Source: a virus (taxonomy: Duplodnaviria > Heunggongvirae > Uroviricota > Caudoviricetes). From it: a stretch of DNA of 43,933 bases. Positions 1 through 11,347 of this stretch are shown here, in pieces. The position numbers and the translations under genes were made by a program. The first letter of the stretch is position 1, and each line of letters opens with the position of its first letter. The stretch lies in IMG/VR virus record IMGVR_UViG_2711768014_000011; one strand, 5' to 3'. Below the pieces are notes generated by a model. That model made no database searches. It was given only the letters and a program-made list of their open reading frames with translations, and was not told the DNA's origin.

Positions 1-3000
1 ATACGCTATACCGTTAAAAATAATGGGCGGAATAATAATCTGGCGGTCAAAGTTATGATCATCGCTGATGGTGACTGTAACCGTACCGTCTGGTGTTTCC
101 GTGTTACCCCACGTACCGACTTTTTTCGGGAAGGCTTTTGATACAGCTTTAACGAAATCCCCTCTGACCTGGGTCGCCTCCAGCATGCCCTTAATCGTAC
201 AGTTCTGGTTAATCGTGACATTGTTGAGCGTTCCTGAGTTCGCATTCACACTACCACTGATATCCGCATTTTTAGCGGTCAGCTTTCCGTCTGATGTCAG
301 GGAAAATACCGGAGGACTGCCACCGCTGGTAATGGCGGGGGCTGTCAGGCGCTTCAGGAACACGTCGTTCATGAATATCTGGTTGCCCTGCGCCACAAAC
401 ATCGGCGTTTCATTCCCGTTTGCCGGGTCAATAAACGCGATACGGTTAGCGGCAACCAGAAACTGGCTCAGTTTGCCTTCCTCCGTGTCCTCCATGCTGA
501 GGCCAATACCCGCGACATAATGTTTGCCGTCTTTGGTCTGCTCAATTTTGACGCCCCACATCGCATTCCATTTATCGTTAGCGTCCTTCCACTCTTTCGA
601 AAACTCATCCAGTCTGCTGGCGTTATCCTCCGTCAGATCAACTTTTTCCAGCAGCTCTTTACCGAGATGGGATTCGGTTATCTTGCCTTTGAAAAAATCC
701 AGGTAACCTTCCGCATCATCGCTCGCCCGACCGACGGCCTCCACGAATGCCGATTTGCCAACGGTGTTCACACTGCGGATATAAAAGTAATAATCATGGC
801 CCGGTTTGATATTGATACTGGCGGCTATCCAGTACAGCCCCGCGCCAAGGTAGCGGGCTGTGGTTTCAACCTGCCTGATATCGGTAATCCGCGTTTCCGA
901 GAACCAGAACTCAAACTGTACCGTCGGATCATAAACCGCAAGATGCGGCGTGGCAGTTATCTGAAAATAGCCCGGCGTCAGCTCAATCCGCGACGGTGCT
1001 ACCGGTGCGGCAATCCTGAACGATACCGACGCCGGATCGCCCTGCTGTCCCCAGGCATTTACCGCCCGGACTGTCAGCGTGTACCGTCCCAGCGCCAGTT
1101 GCGTGAAGCGGTATGTGGTTTCCGTCGTCCGGGCCGTGCTGACCAGCCGCTCACTGCCGTCATCCGCTGCCACGGTCAGGCGAAGCATAAAGCTCACCCC
1201 CTTCACCACCTTCGGCGTGTCCCAGCGCGCCAGCACCTGATATTCCCCGCTGTCTGCGGTGACTTCGGCAGTCAGGTGCTGCACCGCTGGCGGCGTGACA
1301 CCATTCACCGTGCCGCTCTGGTCGCCGTCAAAGTGCGCCCCGTTATCCACGATGGCTTCTTTTTCCGGTACATGCTGCACGGCAGTGATGGCATACGTGC
1401 CGTCATCGTTCTCACGGATACTCACACAGCGGAACAGGCGCTGGCGCAACGTCGGCAGCTTCAGCCCCCACACGCTGTATTCAGCAACGCCGTCAGGAAC
1501 ACGGCTCACTTTCACCTTCACGCCGTCGGTGACGGACTGAACCTCCACGCTGACCGGATTGCCACTTCCGTCAACCAGGCTTATCAGCATGGTACCGGAG
1601 GATGGCAGCGTGATTTCACGGTCGAGCGTCAGCGTCCGGGTCTGGCTGTTTACCGCCAGCACGCGCCCGCCGATGCTGATACCCGCATAGTCATCATCAC
1701 AGATTTCAATGACATCGCCCGGCACATGGCGAAGCCCTTCTGCGCCCACGCTGAAGTCCACGGTCTGCGTTTCCAGCAGTTCTGTTTTAATCAGCCACAG
1801 CCCGGCGCGGTGTGCCTGCCCCCGGCTGGTACAGCCAAAAGCATCCATCTTCGTGACGTTACGACCGTAACGGGCAATGGCCTGCGTATCCTCCACAAGC
1901 TCTGTCGCCGTCTCCCAGCCGTTATCCGGGTCAATCCAGTTCACCTCAACGGCATTATGGCGGTCNNNNNNNNNNNNNNNNNNNNNNNNNNNNNNNNNNN
2001 NNNNNNNNNNNNNNNNNNNNNNNNNNNNNNNNNNNNNNNNNNNNNNNNNNNNNNNNNNNNNNNNNNNNNNNNNNNNNNNNNNNNNNNNNNNNNNNNNNNN
2101 NNNNNNNNNNNNNNNNNNNNNNNNNNNNNNNNNNNNNNNNNNNNNNNNNNNNNNNNNNNNNNNNNNNNNNNNNNNNNNNNNNNNNNNNNNNNNNNNNNNN
2201 NNNNNNNNNNNNNNNNNNNNNNNNNNNNNNNNNNNNNNNNNNNNNNNNNNNNNNNNNNNNNNNACACCAGGCCATGTTGTTGCTGTATGCTGGTTTTAAC
2301 GTTCCGTCCCAGATACCGCTGTATTGTCGCGTCTGCGGGTTATAGTTCGACGGCACCTGCAGAATGCGCCCGCGAAGATGATAATTACGACTCACCTGCT
2401 GGCTGCCGAACTGCTCCGAGTCCACCTGTACGCCGACCAGTGCAGTGTTCGGGTAGCACTGTTTCACATCGATGATTTCGGTGTATGACGACCAGAGCGT
2501 TTTGTTCTGCAGCTGGTCTGTGGTGCTGTCCGGTGTCATCCTGCGCATCCGGATACTGAACGGGCGCGGAGGCAGGTTATCCACCACCACCGAGACCAGA
2601 TACTGCGAGGTGGTTTTGCCCTTAATGGTGATGTCTTTTTCCGTCACCCAGCCACCGTTACGCTGTATCTGAACCAGCAGGCGGACTTCCGACGGATTCC
2701 TGTCTCCCTTTGAGGTGGTTTCCACCAGTGCCTGTACACCGAAGGTAAAGCGCAGACGGTCGATGTTTGCCGACGTGATGGTCCGGGTGATCGGCGTGTC
2801 ATATTTCACTTCCGTACCCAGCACCGTCTCGGAGCCGGAGGATTCAAACCCCTCCGGCGGTGACTGCTCCTGCTCACCTGCCCGGAACACCACCGTGACG
2901 CCGGAGATGTTGGTATTCCCCTCATTGTCCAGCACCGGCGTACTGTTCAGCAGCACGCTTTTTAATCCATCCACCGGACCTTCAACCGGCCCTTCACTGA

Positions 3001-3088
3001 TGGCATCGATCACACTCAGCAGCTGCGTGGACTTCAGGTTGTCCTTCGCTTCGCGCGGGGTATGCCCCTTACTGCTGCCTTTACCCAT
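1..3088 (-). CDS. J: Tail tip / host-specificity protein J (lambda gpJ-like); 3' end runs off the window start; interrupted by N block 1966-2263
   Basis: N-terminus [24 protein letters not shown] matches recalled lambda J. Reverse-strand translation of bases 1-150 gives [36 protein letters not shown], which matches the J C-terminal region. Confidence 0.9.
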
Positions 3089-3148
3089 TCCTCACGCTCC
3101 ATAAACGACAAAACCGCCCGCAGGCGGTTTCTCATAAAACATTTTGCA

Positions 3149-3854
3149 TCAGCGACCAATCACCACAACCTGACCACCATCCCCTTCGTCTGCCGTGCTG
3201 ATCTCCTGAGAAACCACACGTGACCCCACGCGCATTTCCCCGTACAGNNNNNNNNNNNNNNNNNNNNNNNNNNNNNNNNNNNNNNNNNNNNNNNNNNNNN
3301 NNNNNNNNNNNNNNNNNNNNNNNNNNNNNNNNNNNNNNNNNNNNNNNNNNNNNNNNNNNNNNNNNNNNNNNNNNNNNNNNNNNNNNNNNNNNNNNNNNNN
3401 NNNNNNNNNNNNNNNNNNNNNNNNNNNNNNNNNNNNNNNNNNNNNNNNNNNNNNNNNNNNNNNNNNNNNNNNNNNNNNNNNNNNNNNNNNNNNNNNNNNN
3501 NNNNNNNNNNNNNNNNNNNNNNNNNNNNNNNNNNNNNNNNNNNNAAAACACACCGCCACTTTTGGCACCCGCCAGACGCGGAACGATGTGGATCACGGCA
3601 CCATTTGCCAGCGGTTCATTAAGACGGGCAGATAATTCATTTTCGCCTGCATCACGCCCGGCAATGCGCACCTGATACCAGCCGTCGCTCAGTTTCTGAC
3701 GAAATGCCGGGAGCTGTGTGGCCAGTGCCCGGATGGCTTCGGCCCCCGTTTTCACACGAAGGTCGATGCGGCGGCCAAATCGCTGCAAATCCCCGTAAAG
3801 GCAGATGCGTGCCATGCCCGGTGACGCCAGAGGGAGTGTGTGCGTCGCTGCCAT
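3149..3854 (-). CDS. I: Tail assembly protein I (lambda gpI-like); N block 3248-3544 inside
   Basis: N-terminus MAATHTLPLASPGMARICLYGDLQRFGRR and C-terminus LYGEMRVGSRVVSQEISTADEGDGGQVVVIGR match recalled lambda I; the frame changes across the N run. Confidence 0.8.
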
Positions 3855-4714
3855 TTGTCGGTATACCTCTCTCGTTTGCTCAGTTGTTCAGGAATATGGT
3901 GCAGCAGCTCGCCGTCACCACAGTAAATGGCGGCATGATTCGGCACCGATGAACCAAAACAGCACAGCAGCACATCGCCCGGCTGCGCCGTTGACAACGG
4001 CACCTGATACAGCCCTGTAGCCTCCAGATTATCCAGATAGAGATTCTGACCATTACGCCACCAGTCGTCCTCACGATGAAAATCTGGCATCTCAATTCCC
4101 GCCAGATGGTAAGCGTCCCGGAACAGCGTGTAACAGTCCGTCACCCCGTGCTCAAAGCGCCGCCCGGTGAGATGCGGCACACAGCGGAACTTGTGAATCG
4201 CCCCGCGGCAGACCAGCCACCACGACAAATCACTCTGCACCTGCAGCCGCCGGTCGGCCTCACTCAGCCAGGGCAGACCACCGGGGTGGCTGTGGACCAG
4301 CGCCACAATCTCACCCTGCATCTCTGCCTNNNNNNNNNNNNNNNNNNNNNNNNNNNNNNNNNNNNNNNNNNNNNNNNNNNNNNNNNNNNNNNNNNNNNNN
4401 NNNNNNNNNNNNNNNNNNNNNNNNNNNNNNNNNNNNNNNNNNNNNNNNNNNNNNNNNNNNNNNNNNNNNNNNNNNNNNNNNNNNNNNNNNNNNNNNNNNN
4501 NNNNNNNNNNNNNNNNNNNNNNNNNNNNNNNNNNNNNNNNNNNNNNNNNNNNNNNNNNNNNNNNNNNNNTCCGGAAATACTCCTCCGGCTCACCGGAAAT
4601 ATTCACGCAGGGAAAATATCTTTCCCCCTCCGGTGTTCTCACCACGAAGCCGCACGACTCCGCTGGCGCACATCGCCGGGCGTGCGCCAGAATCGCTGAT
4701 TCTGTCTGTGTCAT
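3752..4714 (-). CDS. K: Tail assembly protein K (JAB/MPN metalloprotease-like HSHPGG motif plus NlpC/P60-like C-terminus); N block 4328-4569 inside
   Basis: MTQTESAILAHARRCAPAESCGFVV and EIVALVHSHPGGLPWLSEADR motifs; 103-nt overlap with I start as in lambda. Confidence 0.8.
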   Translation of the reverse strand: MTQTESAILAHARRCAPAESCGFVVRTPEGERYFPCVNISGEPEEYFRXXXXXXXXXXXXXXXXXXXXXXXXXXXXXXXXXXXXXXXXXXXXXXXXXXXXXXXXXXXXXXXXXXXXXXXXXXXXXXXXXAEMQGEIVALVHSHPGGLPWLSEADRRLQVQSDLSWWLVCRGAIHKFRCVPHLTGRRFEHGVTDCYTLFRDAYHLAGIEMPDFHREDDWWRNGQNLYLDNLEATGLYQVPLSTAQPGDVLLCCFGSSVPNHAAIYCGDGELLHHIPEQLSKRERYTDKWQRRTHSLWRHRAWHASAFTGICSDLAAASTFV

Positions 4715-4719
4715 GGGAT

Positions 4720-5418
4720 TTACTGCGAAAGTTTGTTAATGGAAAGGAAGCCGCCAAAGTTGCCGACGTTATTGCGAAACTTACAGCCGCTCAGGCATTT
4801 GCTGCATTTATCCTTCGTGATATCGGACGTTGGCTGGTCATATTCATCCGCGACAGCCGGACCGTGATAACCGCACTCATCACCGCGATAGGTCCAGGTG
4901 CAGGTATTAGCAAGCATGATGCGCCCCGGAAAAACAGCGCCGTCCGTTTCCGTCGGCGTGGACAGTACAAAGGAGGCACTGACCGCGCTCAGTTCGCTGC
5001 ACTGCTCAATACGCCAGCGGCTGATCACCTCCTGCTCCGGATCGGCGTCACTGTTTCCGTTGACGAAGTTCACCGCATCCAGAAAACGGGCGTAAACCTT
5101 ACGCCTGACCACCGTTCCGCCGACCAGACTCTGCAGGTCTTCCGCCATCCCGGTGACCATGCCGTGCAGATTAGAGACTTTCAGCGTTGGCCTTGCACTG
5201 GCACCTTTGCCGTTCATCTCAAATCCACTCCCCTGAATGGGATAGGCCTGATACTGCCGACTCTGCCAGGTGACAGACTCTCCTTTCTCGTTCTGCTCAT
5301 TGCAGAAAAAGTAGCGATCCCCGCCTACCTCGGTCAGGTCGATTTCCCAGAGCACCACGCTGGCCGACTGCTCCGCACGAATGCATTCATTCAGCGTTTC
5401 CTGTTGTATGTCCTGCAT
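4720..5418 (-). CDS. L: Tail tip protein L (lambda gpL-like)
   Basis: 232 aa; [33 protein letters not shown] and C-terminus CSKCLSGCKFRNNVGNFGGFLSINKLSQ match recalled lambda L almost residue for residue. Confidence 0.9.
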   Translation of the reverse strand: MQDIQQETLNECIRAEQSASVVLWEIDLTEVGGDRYFFCNEQNEKGESVTWQSRQYQAYPIQGSGFEMNGKGASARPTLKVSNLHGMVTGMAEDLQSLVGGTVVRRKVYARFLDAVNFVNGNSDADPEQEVISRWRIEQCSELSAVSASFVLSTPTETDGAVFPGRIMLANTCTWTYRGDECGYHGPAVADEYDQPTSDITKDKCSKCLSGCKFRNNVGNFGGFLSINKLSQ

Positions 5419-5756
5419 CAGATCACCACTTCGTCAAACTGACACGAAAAATCGGTATAGGTGATATGTTCTGTCGCTGACCACGTTCGACACACCACTC
5501 TGATTTTTCTGTTAATACCCGGCGGGCGCCAAAAAAAAGATTTATAGCCTTCATGCCGGGCTAAAAATTTTTCAAATGAATCACGTTCATTCGCCTCAAC
5601 TTTGAAATCACAGGTGAAAACGCGCAGAGAATGATTAAGTCCATTTGGACTTCGTTGCTCATAACCATCACCAAATCTTACAGTTTTTATCGATGGTTTA
5701 TTTTCTGTTTTCATTCCATCCTCTGGTAACCAGTGAAATTCTTCCGTATTAGCCAC
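5418..5756 (-). CDS. Minor tail / tail assembly protein M-like (divergent, AT-rich)
   Basis: 112 aa directly upstream of L and overlapping the tape measure stop; [10 protein letters not shown] and C-terminal FDEVVI resemble lambda M; lower GC than the J-I-K-L block. Confidence 0.65.
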   Translation of the reverse strand: MANTEEFHWLPEDGMKTENKPSIKTVRFGDGYEQRSPNGLNHSLRVFTCDFKVEANERDSFEKFLARHEGYKSFFWRPPGINRKIRVVCRTWSATEHITYTDFSCQFDEVVI

Positions 5757-8700
5757 TTAACATTCCCCCATCACGTCGCATATTTAACAGATTGCCCTGC
5801 ACCCGCTGATCAACCATCCCCATAAGTGCTTTTATTGCCTGAGGGCCAATCTCTCCATTCTGGCCGTCATTTTGAATAGTGATTTGGTATACAGGGGCAT
5901 AGGTAATATCTCCGCCTCCATTACCACTTTTACTATTAATAGCTCTGACACCAAGAGAACCATCGGAAGTTCGTGTTAATGGCATAATGGCTTCCGGTCC
6001 AGCCTCACCAAAAACACCAGCCCCTTTTGCAAAAGCAAAAAATTGCGGGGAATCATAAATACCGTTCGAATACGTGCTCAATGACGGAGACTCATAAACA
6101 CCGCCCTTTGCATTCGGAATAAATTTACTAATAGCACTCCCGATAGTTCCTAAAATCCCCCCAGAAGAACTGTTACTAATGCTGTCGAAAATCCCAGTAA
6201 TTGAAGCCTTTAATGCTATTCGACTAAGATCCGAAATCACGGAAGTAGCGAAAGAACGAAAATTTGCCTTGCCTGTCGTGACAAAATCACCCAGCGCATC
6301 GGTCATCCCATCAAACATCTGAGTCGTGGTTGATTTTATCTGCTCACTGATATCCTTAGTGTCATCCAGCCAGTTATTGAATCCCTGGGAGGCACCACTA
6401 ACCCAGTCTCCTGCCTGAATATCGAGCTGCTCGTTTTTCTGTCTGACAATTTCTTTTTCCCGTTCCAGAGCATCATTCAGAGCCTGCATTTTCTCTTGAA
6501 AAACATGATCTGACATTCCACGGGATTTATCTGCATAGTCACGTTCAAGTTGCAGACGCTGATTGTTATATCCATGTTCAATCCGCAGTAATTCCTGCTG
6601 GCGTTGCTGATTTTTATCGCCAACCCCATAACCAGCAATCTGAATATCATACCCCTGCTGACGATTATCAATCGAAGCCTGCAATGAATCACGCCATGCT
6701 GTTATTTCGGCGGATTCCTTGATTAGCCTGTTATTTTTTTCAATCGCAACATTTTTCTCCATCAACGTGGTTATTTCTTCCCGGTGTAAGAGAAGCGATT
6801 TCTGATCCTGGGTTAATTTCGATGATGGTCGTGACTCTAGGTCGGCAATCCGCTGACGCCACTTAACCAGTTCCTGTTCAGAGGAACTTAATTTAACGGT
6901 CAACTCAGCTTGTGAACTTAGTAACGCATTCTGTTGATTCAGATGATCAATCATTCGTTGGGCTGCATCATCAGAATAACCTTTCGCCTTTGGTTGCTTT
7001 GGATCTTTATAACGCTCATTTATTTGAGCGATAAGATTATTATATTCTTCCTTTGAATACTGATTCTTTAGCTTTTCCAGTTTTGCAAGTTCACTAGCTC
7101 TCTGCTGCTCCCGGGTCTGATATTGTTTTGAAAAGGCATCTGCTCTCTGTCTGAGTTCAATTCCTTCCTGTTGTCGCTTGTTGTAATCGTTTATTGATGA
7201 ATTTAGTACGTCCTGAGCAATTTTTTCTGCTTGAAGTACGCCCAATTGCTGCTTTAATCGTGCCAGCCTTTTATTTTGAGCTCCGCCATCTCCAATGCCA
7301 CCTAACCCGAAAACTCCGGGTCGGGTATTTTTTTCTATTTCATCAATTTGACGGAGAACATCTGAGATTTTTTGATCAAGGGAGGCCTCACGGCCAATAT
7401 CCAGCATGGAATCCCATGCCCATTTTGCGGAGTCTGCGACAGCTTTCCATGCAGTCTCAAGATAACCAAGATTTTCTTTAATCTGGTTGGTGCGCTGGAT
7501 CATTGAGGATGAGTATTCTTCTGTCGCAATGCGGGCGGCCTCCTGCTGGTTCCCTTCATCCTGTAGCGCCTTAATCTGGTTATAAGTCGCAAGTGTCAGA
7601 AAATGGTACTGATCATTAAGTTTTGATATGGCACTGACAGGATCCTTTGCAATTTCATTGAAGTCATTAACCAGTTGTTCGGTTGATATTCCTGTTACTT
7701 CGCTCGTTTTTACTATCGCTGTCGTCACTTGCTCCAGCGAACTGCTCGCTACCTTTCCCGAACGCACAAGCTGATTTAATACTGCCGCCGCAGCACCAGT
7801 TGTCGAATCAGCCGCATTCCCGGCACGTTGAGCTATATCGCCCAATTGCCCGCTGGTTGTCCCCAACTGATTTCCGGTAAGAATAAGAGATTTATTAAAT
7901 TCGTCCTGCTCCTGAGAGCCTTTATAGTAAGCCAGTCCTAAGACCCCAACGGCTGCTGCGGCCAGGGTAAAAGGATTAATTAATCCCAGCACATAAGAAC
8001 CTACACCTTTGATCGCCGGGCCAATCCCACCGAACATATCTTTTAGCTGGCCGCCCTGCTGCATTAACACCATAAATGGCGACTGACCAGTGGACAACCC
8101 AACAACAATATCCGTCATTTGTACAGGCAACATGCGCATAGCAAAAGCCGTTTGTTTTGCCGACATTCCGGTTTTGCTTAATTGTGATTGAGTAACCTCA
8201 AGCTCACTCCGCATAGCACGAAGTTTTCCAGAAAGCTCCTCATACATTTCAGGAGAAAGCATCCCCTTAGCTTTTGCTTCATTGAGCTGTTTCTGTTGTT
8301 CTACCAGACGATTAAAAGCAGTTCCGACAGGATCAAGTTGAGCAATCAGACGTTGCAAAGCAACAACCTGTTCATCATGCGCTTTTGCTGCTTCTCGCTC
8401 TGCCTGAGCCTCTCCGGTAAGCTCTCGCCGTGTTTCCTGTATTTTTCGGCTATAATTCTCAAACTGAGAACCATTTATTTTCCCGGATGCAAACGCAGCA
8501 TTAAGTTCATCATGCTGTTGTTCAAGATTTCTTAGCGCCGCAGCCAGAGGGTCGATCTTGTCCAGCATTCTTTGAAAGGCCTGAGCCTGCGCTTCCTGCT
8601 GGGCGGCAGCAAGTTTTCCGGCCTTCTCGGCTTCTCTCTGCGCTTGCGCAACCCCGCTCAATTCCTCTGTGGTTTCATTAAGTTTACGGACAAGAAATTC

Positions 8701-8982
8701 ATATTCTTCTTTATCAATAAGCCCTTTATCGAAAAATTTCTTTAATTCAGAATAGCGTCGACCGACAGTATCAATTGCGGCACCAACTGGATCAATAGCT
8801 GCTTTTAATTTTGCGAGCGCGTTCTTCTCATCTTCTGTTGCCTTAGTCACTTTCCCTGCGCTATTTGCAGCAGTTTCCCCAGCCTGCGTCATTTTGACTA
8901 ATGAGGAGGTCAGATTGTCAGCATTATTTTTCGCTCCAGTGCTATCAATAATTATTGCGAGACGCGAGGTTTGCTCTGCCAT
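5749..8982 (-). CDS. Tail tape measure protein
   Basis: 1077-aa ORF between the chaperone and M; long coiled-coil-like Ala/Gln/Glu-rich N-terminal half and Gly-rich C-terminal region; SD AGGAG 9 nt upstream of ATG at 8982. Confidence 0.85.
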   Translation of the reverse strand: MAEQTSRLAIIIDSTGAKNNADNLTSSLVKMTQAGETAANSAGKVTKATEDEKNALAKLKAAIDPVGAAIDTVGRRYSELKKFFDKGLIDKEEYEFLVRKLNETTEELSGVAQAQREAEKAGKLAAAQQEAQAQAFQRMLDKIDPLAAALRNLEQQHDELNAAFASGKINGSQFENYSRKIQETRRELTGEAQAEREAAKAHDEQVVALQRLIAQLDPVGTAFNRLVEQQKQLNEAKAKGMLSPEMYEELSGKLRAMRSELEVTQSQLSKTGMSAKQTAFAMRMLPVQMTDIVVGLSTGQSPFMVLMQQGGQLKDMFGGIGPAIKGVGSYVLGLINPFTLAAAAVGVLGLAYYKGSQEQDEFNKSLILTGNQLGTTSGQLGDIAQRAGNAADSTTGAAAAVLNQLVRSGKVASSSLEQVTTAIVKTSEVTGISTEQLVNDFNEIAKDPVSAISKLNDQYHFLTLATYNQIKALQDEGNQQEAARIATEEYSSSMIQRTNQIKENLGYLETAWKAVADSAKWAWDSMLDIGREASLDQKISDVLRQIDEIEKNTRPGVFGLGGIGDGGAQNKRLARLKQQLGVLQAEKIAQDVLNSSINDYNKRQQEGIELRQRADAFSKQYQTREQQRASELAKLEKLKNQYSKEEYNNLIAQINERYKDPKQPKAKGYSDDAAQRMIDHLNQQNALLSSQAELTVKLSSSEQELVKWRQRIADLESRPSSKLTQDQKSLLLHREEITTLMEKNVAIEKNNRLIKESAEITAWRDSLQASIDNRQQGYDIQIAGYGVGDKNQQRQQELLRIEHGYNNQRLQLERDYADKSRGMSDHVFQEKMQALNDALEREKEIVRQKNEQLDIQAGDWVSGASQGFNNWLDDTKDISEQIKSTTTQMFDGMTDALGDFVTTGKANFRSFATSVISDLSRIALKASITGIFDSISNSSSGGILGTIGSAISKFIPNAKGGVYESPSLSTYSNGIYDSPQFFAFAKGAGVFGEAGPEAIMPLTRTSDGSLGVRAINSKSGNGGGDITYAPVYQITIQNDGQNGEIGPQAIKALMGMVDQRVQGNLLNMRRDGGMLSG

Positions 8983-8995
8983 TTATTAAAACTCC

Positions 8996-9027
8996 TGACA
9001 ACAAAAAACCCACCGCGAAGTGGGTTT
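8996..9027 (-). terminator. Intrinsic-terminator-like hairpin just upstream of the tape measure RBS
   Basis: Minus-strand RNA: GAAACCCAC-uucgcg-GUGGGUUU followed by UUUGUUGU; perfect 8-bp stem at 9006-9013/9020-9027. Confidence 0.35.
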
Positions 9028-9147
9028 CAGGCGACATAATAGTAGATATAGCGATTACGAGGCCACGCAATGCTTTTCTCCAGGAGCATCATCGATTTAA
9101 TTAAAGACACCATCACATCTCTGTAACAGAGTGTACGTAATTAACAA

Positions 9148-9917
9148 CTACACACACTGCTCCTGAAAATACTGGTCATCCAGTGCAAAGATCACTGCTT
9201 CAAATTCATCGCGCTCAATCAATACCGGATGAGTGGCTAAATATTCATTTATCTCTGTCAGAGATAAAGGCAAAGGCACCCCAGCCATTCCAGCATAACG
9301 TCGGGCACGGGATATTACCGAATAGGCGTACAACAACTCCTTAAGCACCGGGTCTATTTCTGGTTCCGGTATCGGTGGCAACCTGAGTTTTTCTCGCTTC
9401 CATCTTGCCTTTTCCCCCCTTTCTCCCCCGAACTCCGATAACCACCGCTGGGCAGCTATGGCTTTTTTATCGTATCCTGCTTCTGCTGCTCTTTACCCTG
9501 GGCGATGCTGGCTGCTTCTGCAAGGATCTGCCAGTACAACTCTGGATTCTGCTTAAGCAGCGCGATCCCTCGTTCTGCCGTATATTCCAGTGCAACCTCA
9601 ACACCATTAACCAGTTCACCAACCCCTTTCCAGTCTTTCAGCAGATAACGAGCGGCATTATCAATGAGTAAATCATCAACAGAATCCACCTCGGAAACCT
9701 TTGAAATATCAAACTCCTTCGTTCCGACGTGCAAACTGGCATCCATTTTCTCAATGTGGCGACGGATTAATGCATTACGGGAGCGATACTGATCGTTATC
9801 GCTGCTTGCCACCAACAGTTTTAACCCGTCTACAGGTTTTAAGTCCTTCATTGGCGTAAACCAGCGTTCTCCACCAATGATAATTTTCTGATTAAGAATA
9901 AACATCCATAACCTCAT
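9148..9917 (-). CDS. G-T fusion product made by programmed -1 ribosomal frameshift (T segment 9148-9468 in the -1 frame)
   Basis: The -1 frame is open from the slippery site to 9148 (KKAIAAQRWLSEFGGERGEKARWKREKLRLPPIPEPEIDPV...); position and arrangement mirror lambda G/GT. Confidence 0.6.
9456..9917 (-). CDS. Tail assembly chaperone G-like
   Basis: 153-aa ORF between major tail and tape measure genes; ends ...DTIKKP-stop with a slippery heptamer at its 3' end; alternative start at Met5 (9905). Confidence 0.7.
   Translation of the reverse strand: MRLWMFILNQKIIIGGERWFTPMKDLKPVDGLKLLVASSDNDQYRSRNALIRRHIEKMDASLHVGTKEFDISKVSEVDSVDDLLIDNAARYLLKDWKGVGELVNGVEVALEYTAERGIALLKQNPELYWQILAEAASIAQGKEQQKQDTIKKP
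9462..9468 (-). other. Slippery heptamer A_AAA_AAG for the G/GT -1 frameshift
   Basis: Minus-strand sequence gat acg ata aaa aag cca tag; X_XXY_YYZ heptamer is the last two sense codons of G. Confidence 0.6.
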
Positions 9918-9965
9918 TCAATGCGTCCCCCTGTAGGGCAGTACCACAGGAGGAATAACGGAAAA

Positions 9966-10928
9966 TCAACTAATCGCCTCAGCACTGGCTTTTGCGATCA
10001 CGGCAGCCGGGGAATTTTTTTTTCTGGTTATCGTAGGTGCTTCATCTGCTGCGGTAATGCTCAATTGAACCTGGATAATGTCGCTATTACCCCCATCAGG
10101 CCATTCACCTGACACCTGAACCTTCGGGAAACTGAAAGTGTATGCCCCCTCTCCATTCGAAAGCGTGAAGCTGAACGGAACTGTTTCTCCAGTCAGTGTT
10201 TTACTCCAGATTTCCCACGCGGCTTTAGACCATGAAAGCGTCACCGTACCGGACGGTGTAAAAGTAGTCGGAATATTTGCTCCTGCATAAGGCGAGCCAG
10301 TCCCGATACAACGCTGTGTCTGGAGTTTGTTATCGAACTGAATATCAAAACTGTCGATACAAAAACCGTTACCTCCGGCAACACCATTCAGGCTTACTGC
10401 TGAAACCTCCTTAAACGAATAACGTAGCTTTCCTGCACTATCCACAGGTTCGCCTTTGATAAAATTCGTATCATCGGCCTTTGATTCCCAGTCCAGTCCG
10501 GCAAAGGTTACGGTCGCTGTAATATCGCCGTCGTTAGGGATCTGCATTTTCCATGAGCCAACCTGCGCTCCTCTGACGACAGAGGCAATTCCGACATCGG
10601 ACGCATAGGTCGCCAGAGAAAATGTTATTCGCTCATTCCCCATTGTCAGAGAATCGCCTGACCATTCCGCGCCGAAACAGGATGCAAGAAAATCATCATG
10701 TTGACCCCAGCGAAATTTGGTACCAACATCACCGCCGACATCCACAGTGCCAGGCGTCGCCCCCTGAGCCATCCGGGAGCCACCAATCTCATTATTTTCG
10801 CCTTTATTCTGGGTGGGTTTTACTCCCCAGCTTGTGCGTTTTAATAAACTCCAGTCACCACTTGCTGGCGTAGTGCCTGCAACCGTCTCCCGGATAAATG
10901 CCGAGATAACCTTTGCACCTGAACTCAC
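9966..10928 (-). CDS. Major tail (tube) protein, possibly with C-terminal Ig-like domain
   Basis: 320-aa ORF immediately upstream of the G/GT chaperone genes; Ser/Thr/Gly-rich beta-type composition; assignment is by position. Confidence 0.6.
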   Translation of the reverse strand: MSSGAKVISAFIRETVAGTTPASGDWSLLKRTSWGVKPTQNKGENNEIGGSRMAQGATPGTVDVGGDVGTKFRWGQHDDFLASCFGAEWSGDSLTMGNERITFSLATYASDVGIASVVRGAQVGSWKMQIPNDGDITATVTFAGLDWESKADDTNFIKGEPVDSAGKLRYSFKEVSAVSLNGVAGGNGFCIDSFDIQFDNKLQTQRCIGTGSPYAGANIPTTFTPSGTVTLSWSKAAWEIWSKTLTGETVPFSFTLSNGEGAYTFSFPKVQVSGEWPDGGNSDIIQVQLSITAADEAPTITRKKNSPAAVIAKASAEAIS

Positions 10929-10954
10929 AGGAGCCTCCTATGTCATTAATTGCG

Positions 10955-11347
10955 CTAGAGCGCGCGATATGGAATTTGAAGATTAAGCTGGAACCAGCCA
11001 TTCTTTTCGCCAACGGCTATTGAGGAAACAGCCTGGTAACTGAGACGATCGTCATCCTGAAACTCAAACAGTTCCCGCAATTTATCGGCTGTCTCAGTAA
11101 TGAGTTTTGAACCAGAACCTGCGGGGACAAATAACTGAATAATGATTATCCCCGTGCGATAAACAACCGGCCCCGCGCCAATTTCATTAACTCCAGCCTG
11201 CCCGGGAATATTACTTAACCGCGCCCAGATTAACTTACCGGAAGGATCGAACGTTGGCCCGTTCGGATACAATACGTCTTTTCCATCAATAATCGTCTGT
11301 GCCGTCATTCTGGAAATAACCGTATTTCTGATTTCAGTAAACTTCAT
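10955..11347 (-). CDS. Putative tail terminator / tail-tube-associated protein
   Basis: 130-aa ORF directly upstream of the major tail gene; assigned by siphovirus gene order only. Confidence 0.4.
   Translation of the reverse strand: MKFTEIRNTVISRMTAQTIIDGKDVLYPNGPTFDPSGKLIWARLSNIPGQAGVNEIGAGPVVYRTGIIIIQLFVPAGSGSKLITETADKLRELFEFQDDDRLSYQAVSSIAVGEKNGWFQLNLQIPYRAL

Noticed and set aside
520-2475. 651-aa plus-strand ORF (and the 150-aa ORF at 68-520)
   Set aside because: It lies antisense to the J gene, whose minus-strand translation matches lambda J; it runs through the N block, has no RBS, and has an Arg/Pro/Ala-rich composition typical of GC-rich antisense frames.
4328-4569. Possible insertion in K: the masked stretch spans about 81 codons where I recall only about 8 residues in lambda K
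   Set aside because: It depends on my recollection of lambda K and on the N run preserving length; it cannot be evaluated without the masked bases.
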